In this document: in pieces, positions 41,920 through 54,379 of the stretch
Position numbering within the stretch: position 1 is the stretch's first letter
How the letters are laid out: each line of letters begins with the position of its first letter
Assembly (NCBI RefSeq): GCF_006345805.1
Contig: NC_043007.1
Span: 72,044,001 to 72,108,000, forward strand
DNA: 64,000 nt
Direction: 5' to 3'
DNA from: Octopus sinensis
Lineage: Eukaryota
Made by a program: the position numbers and the translations under genes
The notes under the pieces: model-generated
The model's input: only the letters and a program-made list of their open reading frames with translations
What the model was told of the DNA's origin: nothing
Database searches by the model: none

Positions 41920-42115
41920 CGTGTGCGTGCTGGCCGAATGGTTGCGGTGCTTCCCTCAAGGTCGCAAGATTTTCAAACCGGAGGTGCGTCGTGTTCTTCG
42001 GCAAAACACTTAATTTCACGTCGCTCCAGTCCGCTCAACAGTAAGCAGGTAATCCCATCGGCGCACAGTGCTGTGGCGGTGTTGTCCTACTCGTCTTAGC
42101 AGAGAGGTGGCATCA
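41920..42115 (+). mobile_element. Decayed SINE family C
   Basis: GTGTTCTT.GGCAAAACACTTAATTTCACGTCGCTCCAGTCC is shared with the 48110 and 51378 copies. Confidence 0.55.
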
Positions 42116-42361
42116 TTCAAAAGCTATAGCACAGTTTAACAAGCAGTATATAACAACAACCGATAGTCTTGTGAATACGGTGATATATATGTGTGTGTGT
42201 GTGTGTGTGTGGTGTCTGTATGTGTGTGTTTGCGTATGTGTGTGCGTGTGTGTATGTATATGTACATATATAATATATACACGAATACAACATTATATAT
42301 ATATGTGTGTAAATATATATATCTGATATATATATGTATATTATATGTATATATATATGTG

Positions 42362-42414
<53 letters not shown>

Positions 42415-42616
42415 TATACACACTTCTTTTCATACATAAGGCACAGACATGTATATATATCTAATATGAAAACAGTGTACTGCGCGCGCACACACACATG
42501 TATATGTATATCATCATCTGATGATCGTCTCAGCAAGAAGCTGAGTAATATGCTGTTGTATATTCTCTCTCTCACTCTCTCTCTCTCTCTCTTTCTCTCT
42601 CCTCTCTCCTCTCTCT

Positions 42617-42651
<35 letters not shown>

Positions 42652-42652
42652 G

Positions 42653-42692
<40 letters not shown>

Positions 42693-43630
42693 GTATGACC
42701 GTCGGCGCGTGCGCGTGTGACTGTGTATGTATGTGTGTTTATGTATGTATCTATGTACATTGACGTATATGTATGTATGACTTCAGCTGCCTGTATATGA
42801 AGAAACTAAACTAAAAGTATTTTCAGTCCAGAAAATTCTGAATCAATTTCAGATTTGTTTCCTTTAACTCAAACTTTTACTTCCTTGTTTAAACTTCTAT
42901 TTCTTACTTTTCTGTTTTCTCTTATTTATATTTCTCTTTATTTCTTCATTTCTTCCCTTTCTTCTCTGTACTTTCGACGGGTCACCACAGGTTGTTACTA
43001 AAACAATCTCCAACAGCTGCTTCTAATATACCAATAAGAGATATCAATTTTTAGAGGCGAATATTCTTTTGATAGGCCACAGAATTGAAGTACAACTGCA
43101 TTATAGTTGAAGAACTGAGGTTCTAAATTGTATCTCAACTAATTTGATGGATCCATTAAGAAAACTGGATATCGTTCCAGAGTTTCAGTCGAGTCAGAAA
43201 TATTTTCATTTCGATGTTGCTGTCAAAAACCTTTTTACATAGTTTCCTTCAACTCTAAATTCTTCCGAAACATTAAACAAAAGAAAAGAAAAGGTAGACA
43301 AGAAAGAAACTATGCTAACAGGTTTTAAGCAGATGGCCATCTCTTCGCAAGTGGAATCTTTTTAACATCAGTGTTGTAGAAGTTTAATGATAATGCAATA
43401 TTACAAATTATCTGAGGCGTTCACCTCTCGCGTCGGGGGAGTTTATTTGTTTAATACTGTGTAGCACAATAGACGATTACGTTGAAAATTGAATTTATGT
43501 TCGCAACTCTAACTATACTTCTTTATGTTATTCATTTACTCAAATCTATTGATTGAAAAACGTCGAAATTACGATCGATTTGTGTCAAGGTGGAGTTAAA
43601 TAACTTTCAGTATAGAAAGCCATTAATTAA

Positions 43631-43845
43631 GACGGCAGGCTAGCAGAATCGTTACCGCACCGGAAAATGCTTAGTGGCATTTCTTCCGACTATACGTTCT
43701 GAGTTCAAATACAACCGGAGGCTACTTTGCTTTTCATCCCTTTTGGGGAACAATAAAATAAGTACTAGTTGAACACTGCAGTCGATGTGATTGATTTACT
43801 CCCTGCCTCGAAATTTCTGGTCTTTTGCCAGAATTTGATACCAAT
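43631..43845 (+). mobile_element. SINE A short variant, diverged
   Basis: Similarity to other copies. Confidence 0.8.
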
Positions 43846-45980
43846 ATAAAAAAAATCATAAACGAAAAGCGGAGTATGGGAGAATGTGTGATGTTCATGC
43901 CCTTCTGCACAAGCACAATCAAAGTGAAACAAAACAGGCAGGCGAAATCAACTTGCTGAGAAATAATTTCTTCAGTGCCATTTGCTCGCATAATAACCAG
44001 TTTAAATTTTGAATAATTTACTTCGCTTGTTTTTCACTCTATTTCCTGTTACATGTACTTATTATTTTTCGGAATGAAATCCATATTTGGCACAGATTGT
44101 ATTGAAGATTGGATTACACACACTTTGTCCATGCAGTATTAGTTAATTCGTTAGTAAACCGTGAAGAACGGTATTGCTTAGCCACTGGTCACAAAATCAT
44201 ACGTCTTCTGTCTATACTGGTCAGTATCTCTCACATAATAAACGCATTTTGCTTTAAATTTTGTATAAAGTGATTTGATTTGGAACAGCTACTGTATTTT
44301 GTACAATCAGAACCAGATTTTGTCTTAAACTTGTAGAGTTTCTTTCAAACTGTTCACGAAGTAGTTTATTTTCTTATATCTCTAATTACCCTTCTATTAG
44401 CAACAAACTCAGCATAATACTGTTATAATTCATCCGCATTTGTAATATATAAACCTAGTTTATTTATCTTATTCAATCTTTTCTGAATGCGTATTAAATC
44501 CCTTCTCTAGACTTTTTGGTCATAAAGAAAACATAGACATTGGATTTCCTTACTTTATCCCATTATTTCTATAAAATAAACAAGATCAGAGGAACTGTCC
44601 GAATGTCATTTTACAATAATAATAACTATTTAGGCATGAACCAATAAAGTTGTGTGTTTGGAATATTCCGTTTAATAACAGTTTTATAGCTACCCTCTGT
44701 CTACGTTTTCATCTCTTGCACTAACGTTATATTTAAGTCTGTCATTCTAACTATCTCATACGATAGTTTGTGGAATGTCAAACAATTTCATTACCGTGAG
44801 AAACTGAAAGCTCAAAGTTTTAAGTTCTTGCTCACCAAACGGATTAGAATAAAAAAAAATTGTTTTTTTTATTATTTTATTTATGTACGAGAGTTCAAGA
44901 CGTTAGACATTTTACTCGTCCACTATTAAAACGAACTAAAATCCTCTCCCCACCTCCTTTGCGTTTATTGTTGTTGATTCAAACTCTCCTCAGAGTATTC
45001 AATTCATGAATTTACACCTCTTAAACTTCACCAATTCCATACCCTAGTGGTAGTTTTATTCCATGACTCTCGATATGGTCGTTCGTTTTTATAGCAGACA
45101 TACTATCGCCTTAGTACCGAATTCCATACTTGTATTCTTTATTTGATATCACAGTTTTGGAATATAAGTTTTGTGGGTTCCAGGTTTTTAAGTGACCGTT
45201 CACTGATTTAATGCCTTTATAAATGCATCAGTAACAACGAAGTCTCTGTGGAACTCGATTTATTTCAAGACTTAGATCCTAAATCATTGGCGATACGTGT
45301 TACGCATCGGTGTTTCTAACCATCACAGATATACGTCAGTGGAAACACAGGTAAGTACAACGCACACGCACAATCGCACATATACGCACGCCCGTACACA
45401 TGCGTGCGCGCATATTGCAAGCTTCTGCACAGTTTCAACCAAATTTGTCTTACAATGTATTGATCAACCCGAGACTCTGGCATGGGAGATTGCTGCTCTC
45501 GCTGTACGCCGTATGCCTGAGACTAAGGTATGCTTTAACTGAACCCCCTCCCCCACAAAAAATACAAGAAAAAAAAACAGGCAACAGACTTGTTTTCTAG
45601 GTTTATCAAAGATTCTATGATGAAGTGTTTGTTTAGAGTATTCCATGTTGACTTTTGAAATAGCTGCTGTATGAGAGAATTGTTATGAAATTTACAGTCA
45701 TCATGTGGCCGAGTTTGAACCAACGAGCTTCTATACAATTCCCATCAACCCGATTTTAGTCATAGGGCTTCGGTCGGTTCTCCACTAAGGTGTATTCGTA
45801 TTACAGTGTATTACGCGGATTCTGTCTGAGATAATGTTAAGAGAACACACGCCTGTGCAATGTTTGGCCCCTTAAACGATAATTCAAAGAGGGGATAGTT
45901 CAGCCGATCGAATACCCACTCAAAGTATTCAGCCGATCGCATACTCAAAGTAAGTTTATGTTGTGTGTGTGTGTGTTGTG

Positions 45981-46024
<44 letters not shown>

Positions 46025-46049
46025 TATATATATTAATATATATATATAT

Positions 46050-46661
46050 TAGATAAGAAAGTTGGTTGTGAAAGCACGTGGGTGAATATATAGAAAAAAG
46101 TAAGAGTGAAAAAACTACAGAAGGCTTGAATGTTAAAAAATATATATATTTGCGTCAATATGTCTGAAGAATATTAGAAAATTAAAAAAAAAAATTTTTT
46201 TCTCTTATAATGACATAATTTAAAAGAAAGACCGGTTTCGCGTGTAGCTTTTCAAATTTCTTGTGACGTTATGTTTATGTTGAATAGAGTTATTGTTATG
46301 TTTATGTACAGGAAAGTTCTAAATAAGGGAAGGTAGTGAGTGATTTCTTCCGGTGTAAGGGAGATAATCGCTTAAAATTTTTTTCCTTTCCCTTGGTGTG
46401 AATTTCTCTGTATCAGTATGTTCGGATGGTTGAGTCTGGGCTTGTACTTTTCAATGAAGAATGTTTCCTCGTTTAGTCTAATTTGTGTTGATGATCCGAA
46501 AGCACATTGGTAAAATGGAAAGATTAAAAATTCTGGTAGTAGTTGCTTTGCGCATTTCTCAATGTGCTCACTAAAAGGTATCATTCTATATTCTGGGAAT
46601 GCAATCTGTTGTCGATGCAGTGTGCATCTACGTCTGAGTGATAGTCCCGTGGGTTCCACGG

Positions 46662-46667
<6 letters not shown>
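46050..46667 (-). mobile_element. 5'-truncated Penelope-like element: GIY-YIG C-terminal part plus terminal repeat with hammerhead motif
   Basis: ORF 46372-46659 reads TGLSLRRR..LHRQQI..PEYR.IP.SEHI..C...F.IFPFY...R.NEE.FFI.KYKP.LN; hammerhead-like motif at 46224-46262; (TA)n on both sides. Confidence 0.85.
46224..46262 (-). ncRNA. Minimal hammerhead ribozyme-like motif (U3:A8 variant)
   Basis: AAGAAA-U-UUGAAAA-GC(UACAC)GC-GAAA-CCGG-UC-UUUCUU. Confidence 0.55.
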
Positions 46668-46714
<47 letters not shown>

Positions 46715-46856
46715 ATATATAAGCGACAAGGATATCCAAGTAGTATAGTACAATTGTTTCATGCTACTTCATTTTATTAAACATGTAAGTATTACATCAG
46801 TTTTGTAATGTCGAGCAATCTTCAGCCACATATAGAATTTTTCAATTAAACGGACA

Positions 46857-47075
<219 letters not shown>

Positions 47076-47544
47076 ATATATGTATATGTTTATGTGTGTG
47101 TGTGTATGTATATGTATGCATGCGTGTAGGTATTTTTATAATTTATATATACTACGTGTGTATATATTATATGTATATATGTATTTTTATGCGTGTTTCT
47201 TAATTCAATTCAGTATATTGTCCCACTGTACTGATACAAGTACCTATATTTGTGTACAACGCATAAACATTCGCACACAGACAGGCGGTCACACATACAT
47301 TAATGTATTTATTTACGCAAAGCTATATTTATAAATATACATTCATCATTTAACTCGAGGCAAGCTGAACTTGTGTGACATGTTTTATGTAGCAATCCTG
47401 TAGAGAAGATAAGATCTTGTAGGCTAAAAATTGAGATACTTATATAACGACTGATAAAAACTAAATTAATATACACATACATACTACACTAGCTCTGTCT
47501 CTCCTCTCTCTCGTCTCGTACACACAGAGATATATGTATGTATA

Positions 47545-47604
<60 letters not shown>

Positions 47605-47908
47605 CTTGTAAAGAAGATTTTTTGTATGTTTATCCGATGGCTTCTAAGCAGGGATTTGATTAATTTACTACCTCTAGGGTTTCTTAAGGCAAAGGGCTGA
47701 CCTTATGAAATTTGATTAAGCGACTCAGGTAGATTAATTTCATTACAAATTTTGCCTCTGAAGATAGTTGATCTAAACCATATTACAAATAACAGAATCT
47801 ACTCATTCAAAGGTTCATAATTCAAAGAGCAACGCAGTGTTGCAATTTTAACCTTCTCATATTATCCCATATTCTTTATCAATTAGCATTTATCATTCTA
47901 TCTGTCTG

Positions 47909-47956
<48 letters not shown>

Positions 47957-48109
47957 GTTAGCTAGAGTCTATCTATCTATCTAGTTAGCTAGAGTCTATC
48001 TATCTTGCTAACTAGATAGATTGGATTTTACGTTCACAAAATAAAACTCAGTCACTGTAATACCTTTCTAGTAACTTTACTATCAAATATAACTCACGCT
48101 GATGTTTAT

Positions 48110-48400
48110 GAAAGCGTGTGGCTTAGTGGCAGCTGGTATTCGGCTTAAGATCGTTCGGGTCGTGAGTTCTAATACTGGCGGTACGTTATGTCTGGAGGAA
48201 AGCACTTTATTTCACGTTCTAACAGTCCACTCAGTTGGCAAAAGCCTTACCCCTTTCCGTGTCACGCTGAATCCTTGAGAACGATGTTAAGGGTGTGAAT
48301 GTTTGTGGAGTGCTCAGCCACTTGCATGTTAATTTCACGAGCTGGCTGTTCTGTTGATCAAATCAACAGGAACACTTGTCGAAAGCGATAGAGAACCAGG
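48110..48400 (+). mobile_element. SINE family C, near full length, diverged
   Basis: A-box/B-box-like head and a body shared with the 51378 and 55745 copies. Confidence 0.7.
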
Positions 48401-48741
48401 CCATAAAAAACAAAATGAAATACATTTCTAGTAACTTCGCCATAAAATAAAATATAACTCACACTGATATCTGTAAGAAAAGATGAAACATTTAAAAACT
48501 TCCAAGTACAACAATTGCCGGTGCTACCCGGCAAAATAATACAGTTGATGGCCTCTTCTAATGACTAAGAATAATTGTAATTCTTCATAAATTCTCCGAA
48601 AACAACAGATGTACAGATTTCTTGTTTACTTCAAAAAATATTTCTTAGATTTCAATAACTCGTTGTAAAAGGAAATAACACAACGCTGTGGCAACCGTGA
48701 CAATTCAATCAATATACATTTAATACACACACAGGCGCACG

Positions 48742-48776
<35 letters not shown>

Positions 48777-48805
48777 CACACACACACGTATATATTTATT
48801 TATAT

Positions 48806-49056
48806 AGGCGCGCAGACATTGCTGCATGGTAAACGGTTTGCTTCCCTACTGCAAAGTGCCACTGACTGGCTTCTTGGGCAAGTATCTTCTACTATAGTCT
48901 CGGGCCGACCAAAGCTTTGTGAGTGGAATTGGCAGACGGAAAGTGAAAGAGGCATGTCGTATACATACATACATACATACATACATACATACATACATAC
49001 ATACATACATACATACATTACACACATACACACACACATACATATTATGAATGTAC

Positions 49057-49096
<40 letters not shown>

Positions 49097-49288
49097 GGGT
49101 GTGTGTGTGTGATTGTGCTCTCCGCTATCGCTTGATGTTGCCGAGTTTACGTCCCCGTAACTTAACGATTCGGTGAGATCGATAGAATGAGTATCAGGGT
49201 TTAAAAAGTACTGGGGTTGATTCGTTTGACTAATGTTCTTCAAGGTTGGACCCCATGATGGCCGCAGTCCAATAATTGAAACAAGTCA

Positions 49289-49290
<2 letters not shown>
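48806..49290 (+). mobile_element. SINE B with internal (TACA)n(TG)n
   Basis: Head, CORE-like part, microsatellite at 48960-49110, 3' module. Confidence 0.85.
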
Positions 49291-49326
<36 letters not shown>

Positions 49327-49418
49327 TTAAGACGATTTCGGCAGAATTTGAACTCAGACGAAATGCCTTTAAGCATTTTCCCAGCTTACTAACAGTTCTA
49401 CCAGCTTACCGCCTTACA

Positions 49419-49997
49419 TCTATTATATAAAATCCGTTCTGTTTGTCTATGTGTGTGTCTTTTAGGATCTCGGGCATCCTCCATCCGATTGCGCTCAAAT
49501 TTGATATGTAGATACTGACGGTATCAGGGCGCGTATAAGTCTTCAAAAAATTACAAAAATCGATTCCAGGTGAGAATGCGATCGATAAAGCCGTGGGAAC
49601 GTGCATTTGTCCGCGCAAGTACATCAGCAGTTACGATCGATACAACACGTACGCGAGAAAAATGCACGGTGTCTCAAATTTAGGTTAAATCAGTGTTTCT
49701 CAAAGAGGCGGCCTATGGGACGGTCGGACAAGTTGTTTTGAGAAAATTTGGTTTAAATGTTTGACAACTCATCACCTTTCATTGGACGGGGGACGTTTTG
49801 CTCCACACACTTAAAACATTAATTTGTATTTTTTGATTTTTAAAATGTAATTTTATTATATTTGTGGCAAACATGACATGAGTGTGGCTAAGTGCATTTT
49901 GTAGAAACCAGCGGTATAGGATTATAACACGTGTCACTATACATATTGACACCCGCCTAAATTCATTAGATGAGTTAAGTCTTCTATGGTCCGATAG
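49419..49997 (+). mobile_element. Non-autonomous Helitron (second family)
   Basis: A|TCTATTATATAAAATCCG start; decayed 3' end CCCG...GTCCGATAG|T (CTAG-like). Confidence 0.6.
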
Positions 49998-50018
49998 TAA
50001 TATATTGGAATACAATAT

Positions 50019-50215
50019 GGTGGTGAGTTGGCAGAATCGTTAGCACGCCGGATAGAATGCTTAGCGGCATTTTGTCTGTTTTTACGTTCTGAGTTCAAAT
50101 TCCGTCGAGGTCAAGATTGTCTTTTATACTTGCGGTGCCGAAAGAATAAGTACTACTTGAACACTAGGGTCGATGTAATTGACCTAACCCCCTCGCTCGA
50201 AACTGCTGCCTTTGG
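50019..50215 (+). mobile_element. SINE A, diverged
   Basis: Similarity to other copies. Confidence 0.8.
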
Positions 50216-50382
50216 AATCAATGTATTGAATGTGAAATAACAATATAATAGTGACATCTTAATGTCTGTGAAATAATATTCCCACATCTGTTGAATAGTG
50301 ATATCCTACGAAATGACAATGATTTTCTTATCCAACGCGTCAACCATTCTACTTACCAACTCTGAGAGCATAATATATATAT

Positions 50383-50457
<75 letters not shown>

Positions 50458-50772
50458 GAGATAGATACATAGATATACATACATACGTACATATATACAT
50501 ACATACATACATACATGCATACATACATACATGCATACATACATACATACATACATACATACATACATACATACATGTATGTATGTATGTATATACACAT
50601 GTAAACGCACACTCACACTCACGTGCGAGCGCGCGTACTCTGTATACCGAAATGTTTCCCCGCATGTCTCAGTGTGTTTATACATGAGTTTATAAATAAC
50701 ACCATAATATATAAACACTTATAGAGGCAGGTGCACACGTAATCACTCACACACACACGCGCGCTCACGGAG

Positions 50773-50808
<36 letters not shown>

Positions 50809-50958
50809 GAGATGTGAAATTCATACGCAGGACCACAGAGACAAACACATTCACACAGAAGACCTCTAAGCATAAAACTCCAAATAGATTTTTATTTTTT
50901 AAATTTAGGAATAAACAGAGAGATGCTGGCAGCTACATAAACGTATGGAGTGACGTGA

Positions 50959-51031
<73 letters not shown>

Positions 51032-51047
51032 TACATATATATATACA

Positions 51048-51084
<37 letters not shown>

Positions 51085-51127
51085 CATACCATACATACTA
51101 CATATATAATCTATATATGTATATATA

Positions 51128-51338
51128 GTTACAAACTGAAAAACAAAAGAGAACACAACAACAACGCGAGGACGTGCGTGGAACAAATATAGTATTATTG
51201 GACGCTCAGGAAGGAAGGGAAGAAGGAGGGTTTAACGTTTCAAGCGGAGCTCTTCGTCGGAAACATAGGAGAAGGAAAGATCCAGAGTAGGGAAGACAGA
51301 GGAAAAAAAAACGCCAACGGTACACACGCGGTCACATT
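51128..51338 (-). mobile_element. PLE-type terminal repeat, copy 1, with hammerhead motif
   Basis: Highly similar to 52856-53067; GUUU-CCGACGA-A-GAGC(UCC)GCUU-GAAA-CG-UU-AAAC. Confidence 0.8.
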
Positions 51339-51339
51339 T

Positions 51340-51376
<37 letters not shown>

Positions 51377-51377
51377 T

Positions 51378-51492
51378 GAAGGCGCATGGCTCAGTGGTTA
51401 GAGTGTCGAGCTTACGATCGTAAGATTGTGAGTTCGATTCCAGGACCGGGCTGCGTGTTGTGTTCTTGAGCAAGACTCTTTATTTCACATTG
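51378..51492 (+). mobile_element. SINE C 5' part
   Basis: TGGCTCAGTGG A-box and GTTCGATTCC B-box, followed by CORE-like CTTGAGCAAGAC. Confidence 0.85.
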
Positions 51493-51494
51493 TC

Positions 51495-51850
51495 TTATCT
51501 TGTCATTTCCCTTATCCTGTCTTTTACTGCTTATATTTTGTACTGTCGTTACTTTCCTGTTTTTGTTACCATTTTTACCCCTCTGCAAAAAGATCTCAAA
51601 TCTTATTTGATTTGCTTTTCGCAGGAAGGAAAGTTTCTATCGAAGATACGTCTCGCCTTCACCTTCGAAACGTAGAGTAGATGAAACCATGGCGACTGAA
51701 GAAGGGTTTTTTTTCTTGTGTTATTTGTCCTGTACTCTATTCTTTTGTTGTTTAAGAAAAATGTCCAGTTCCTTGGGTTTGTGTTTATGTTTTCGTTTCT
51801 CATTGTGTTCGACGTTTTTTTTGTGTCCTGTACTCATATATGCGTGTATA
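51495..51850 (+). mobile_element. PLE-type terminal repeat related to the 63113-63460 element
   Basis: CGAAA..GAGTAGATG..CTGAAGAAGGG and the end TCCTGTACTCATATATGCG are shared. Confidence 0.55.
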
Positions 51851-52403
51851 TATACATGTAGAGGTAGGTACGTACATATATGTTTATATATATGCATATG
51901 TTTTATTTATTAATATATATATATATACATATGTATATATATGTATGTATACATACACACACACATACACACACACACATACACACAGACACCGACACGC
52001 ACACACACACACGCATATGTGTATATACGTGCACGCGCGCGCACACACACACACTACGCATTTGCCCTCTGTGTGTTTGTTTGAGTGTAAACTATATAAT
52101 ACACAGTGACATTTAAAAAGTTTCCCCATAGCCTTCTGCATGTAGAACATATAGTTAAGTGCCGATGGCGAGACGAAAAAAATAAATTCATTAATGGAGA
52201 CTATAGTAATAATGAGAACAAAAGTAATTAAGGCTTAATAATAATTAGTGTAAAAAATTAATGAAGACCTGCATAGGGGAAAGTGGGTTTGGTCCATGTT
52301 TACCGGAACAACAGAACTTATAACGTAAATACAGACCAAATGCTACTAAGCATTTTTCCCGGCGTACCAACGATTCTGCCAGCTCGCTACCTTTGTTCGA
52401 ATA

Positions 52404-52596
52404 TATTTCTTTATTGCCCACAAGGGGCTAAACATAGAGGGGACAAACAGGAACAGACAAAGGGATTAAGTTGATTACATCGACTCCAGTGCATGACTGG
52501 TACTTAATTTATCGACCCCGAAAGGTTGAAAGGCAAAGTTGACCTCGGCGGAATTTGAACTCAGAACGTAACGGCATACGAAATACCGCTCAGCAT
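52404..52596 (-). mobile_element. SINE A long variant, 5'-truncated
   Basis: TSD TTGTTCGAATATA; lies beside an older partial SINE A at ~52300-52392. Confidence 0.9.
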
Positions 52597-52811
52597 TGTT
52601 CGAATATACGTATATTCATTATATTTTTGTCTGCCTCCATATCTATAAATGTATAAATCCTGTCAGTCCCACACTCTCTCTTTAATCGTCATGCATATCT
52701 ACAAACATACCCACATGTGCGTGTGCGCATGCGTGCGCGTCTATACGAAGTGTGGTTACGTGTTAATTCTTTGCTTACGTGTCTATTAATGCGTGCATAG
52801 AAATGTGCATG

Positions 52812-52855
<44 letters not shown>

Positions 52856-52858
<3 letters not shown>

Positions 52859-53067
52859 TTCCAAACAAGAAACCAGAAAAAAACACAACAACGCGAAGAC
52901 GTGGAACAAATATAGTATTATTGGACGCTCAGGAAAGAAGGAAAGAAAGAGCATTTAACGTTTCGAGCGGAGCTCTTCGTCAGAAACATAGGAGAAGGAA
53001 AGATCCAGAGAAGGGAAGACAGAGGAAAAAAATCGCCAACGGTACACACGCGGTCACATTCTGAATG
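52856..53067 (-). mobile_element. PLE-type terminal repeat, copy 2, within (TA)n
   Basis: Direct repeat of 51128-51338; (TA)n on both flanks. Confidence 0.8.
52952..52989 (-). ncRNA. Minimal type I hammerhead ribozyme with canonical core
   Basis: UGUUU-CUGACGA-A-GAGC(UCC)GCUC-GAAA-CG-UU-AAAUG; palindromic ACGU stem III. Confidence 0.75.
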
Positions 53068-53630
53068 GTATATATATATATATATATATATTGTACATGT
53101 ATACGCAGACACATACAAGCATACACATATATACCAATGCATTCTACATGAATATTTATATACAGAAGCAAAAATAAAAATAAAGCTAAAAATTTTCAAC
53201 ACATAAACACATTTCATAAACAAGTTAATATTTAGAAACGAAAGTATATTCGCAAAAAGAGTTCTAGATGAAGGTAAAGTCGGGTCTCATACGTCGATAG
53301 TTTTAAAATAAAGCACGCACGATCATAAATACTTATCTTTAAGCACGAGTGCATGCGCGCGCACAAACATCCATATACGCACAAATGCATAAATAAATAG
53401 AAATAGAAGCATATGTATGGCTCGAAAGTCCAGTCCTTTCCCTGAGTCATTCACTTACTGGAATTCCCCACCACTTCATATCTTTCCTGCAAGAGGAATA
53501 TTCATGCTATCATTCTCATCGGCCTGTGAAGAACAGTGAAGGCCATGGGTATTGCTCCATCTTGCAGATTCTATCACTGACGTAGCGCAGGTCTGAAGGC
53601 GCCTTTTGTGAAACCCAAATTAGTAATCTC

Positions 53631-53966
53631 GGAGATGTACTTGCATAGCAAGTGATTTGATCTGAGATCGTGTGCTGGAACGAAAACAATTGCAGCGTGG
53701 AAGGTGTTTGTAAGCCATTTAAGAAACACACAAAAGCCGTTCGATTCACTTCAATATTTAAGTTTAATTTGTCAAAATATTTTCGTCGCTATAAGACCTC
53801 GACCTCTTCACTGACAAAAATCCGTGCTGCATCTTTTTGTCAGTGAACAGGTCGCGGTCATATAGCGACGAAAATATTTTGACAAATTAAACTTAAATGT
53901 TGAAGTGAATCGAACGGCTTTTGTGTGTTTCTTAAATGGCTTACAAACACCTTCCACGCTGCAATT
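53631..53966. mobile_element. Young fold-back PLE-type element (133-bp inverted arms)
   Basis: Arms 53688-53820 and 53834-53966 have about 4 mismatches; AATTAGTAATCTC is duplicated at 53618-53630 and 53963-53975. Confidence 0.85.
53836..53886 (+). ncRNA. Hammerhead ribozyme-like motif with swapped G3:C8 core pair
   Basis: UUUGUCA-GUGAACA-G-GUCGC(9 nt)GCGAC-GAAA-AUAU-UU-UGACAAA; 7-bp stem I, 5-bp stem II, palindromic AAUAUU stem III. Confidence 0.7.
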
Positions 53967-54379
53967 AGTAATCTCTTTTCCTTAAACCTAATACACCTTC
54001 AAGTACAGGACACACACGTGTATAAGTGACCACCTTAAACGATCCGTACATTTCGCACACTCCACGCTTCTCATAGAACTCAGCAAGTTAATGTAATACC
54101 TAATTGAACACCTAATTTTACATTTATGCTTACCTTTTCTTATAAGACAATATACGCGCAAACTTGTGAGATTGTGCACATATACACATTCAACATGTAT
54201 AAATATTTATAGACAACGAAAAGCGTAAATTCAGTATTAAAGTAGATAGGTTATATACATACACATACATACATACATACATACATACATACATACATAC
54301 ATACATACATACATACATGCATGCATGCATGCATACATACATACATCGGTAGTGAACTCTTCAGAAAGCACTCTCTTCC

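Noticed and set aside
51378-51450. tRNA gene
   Set aside because: A and B boxes are present, but there is no closed acceptor stem and the sequence continues into a SINE body
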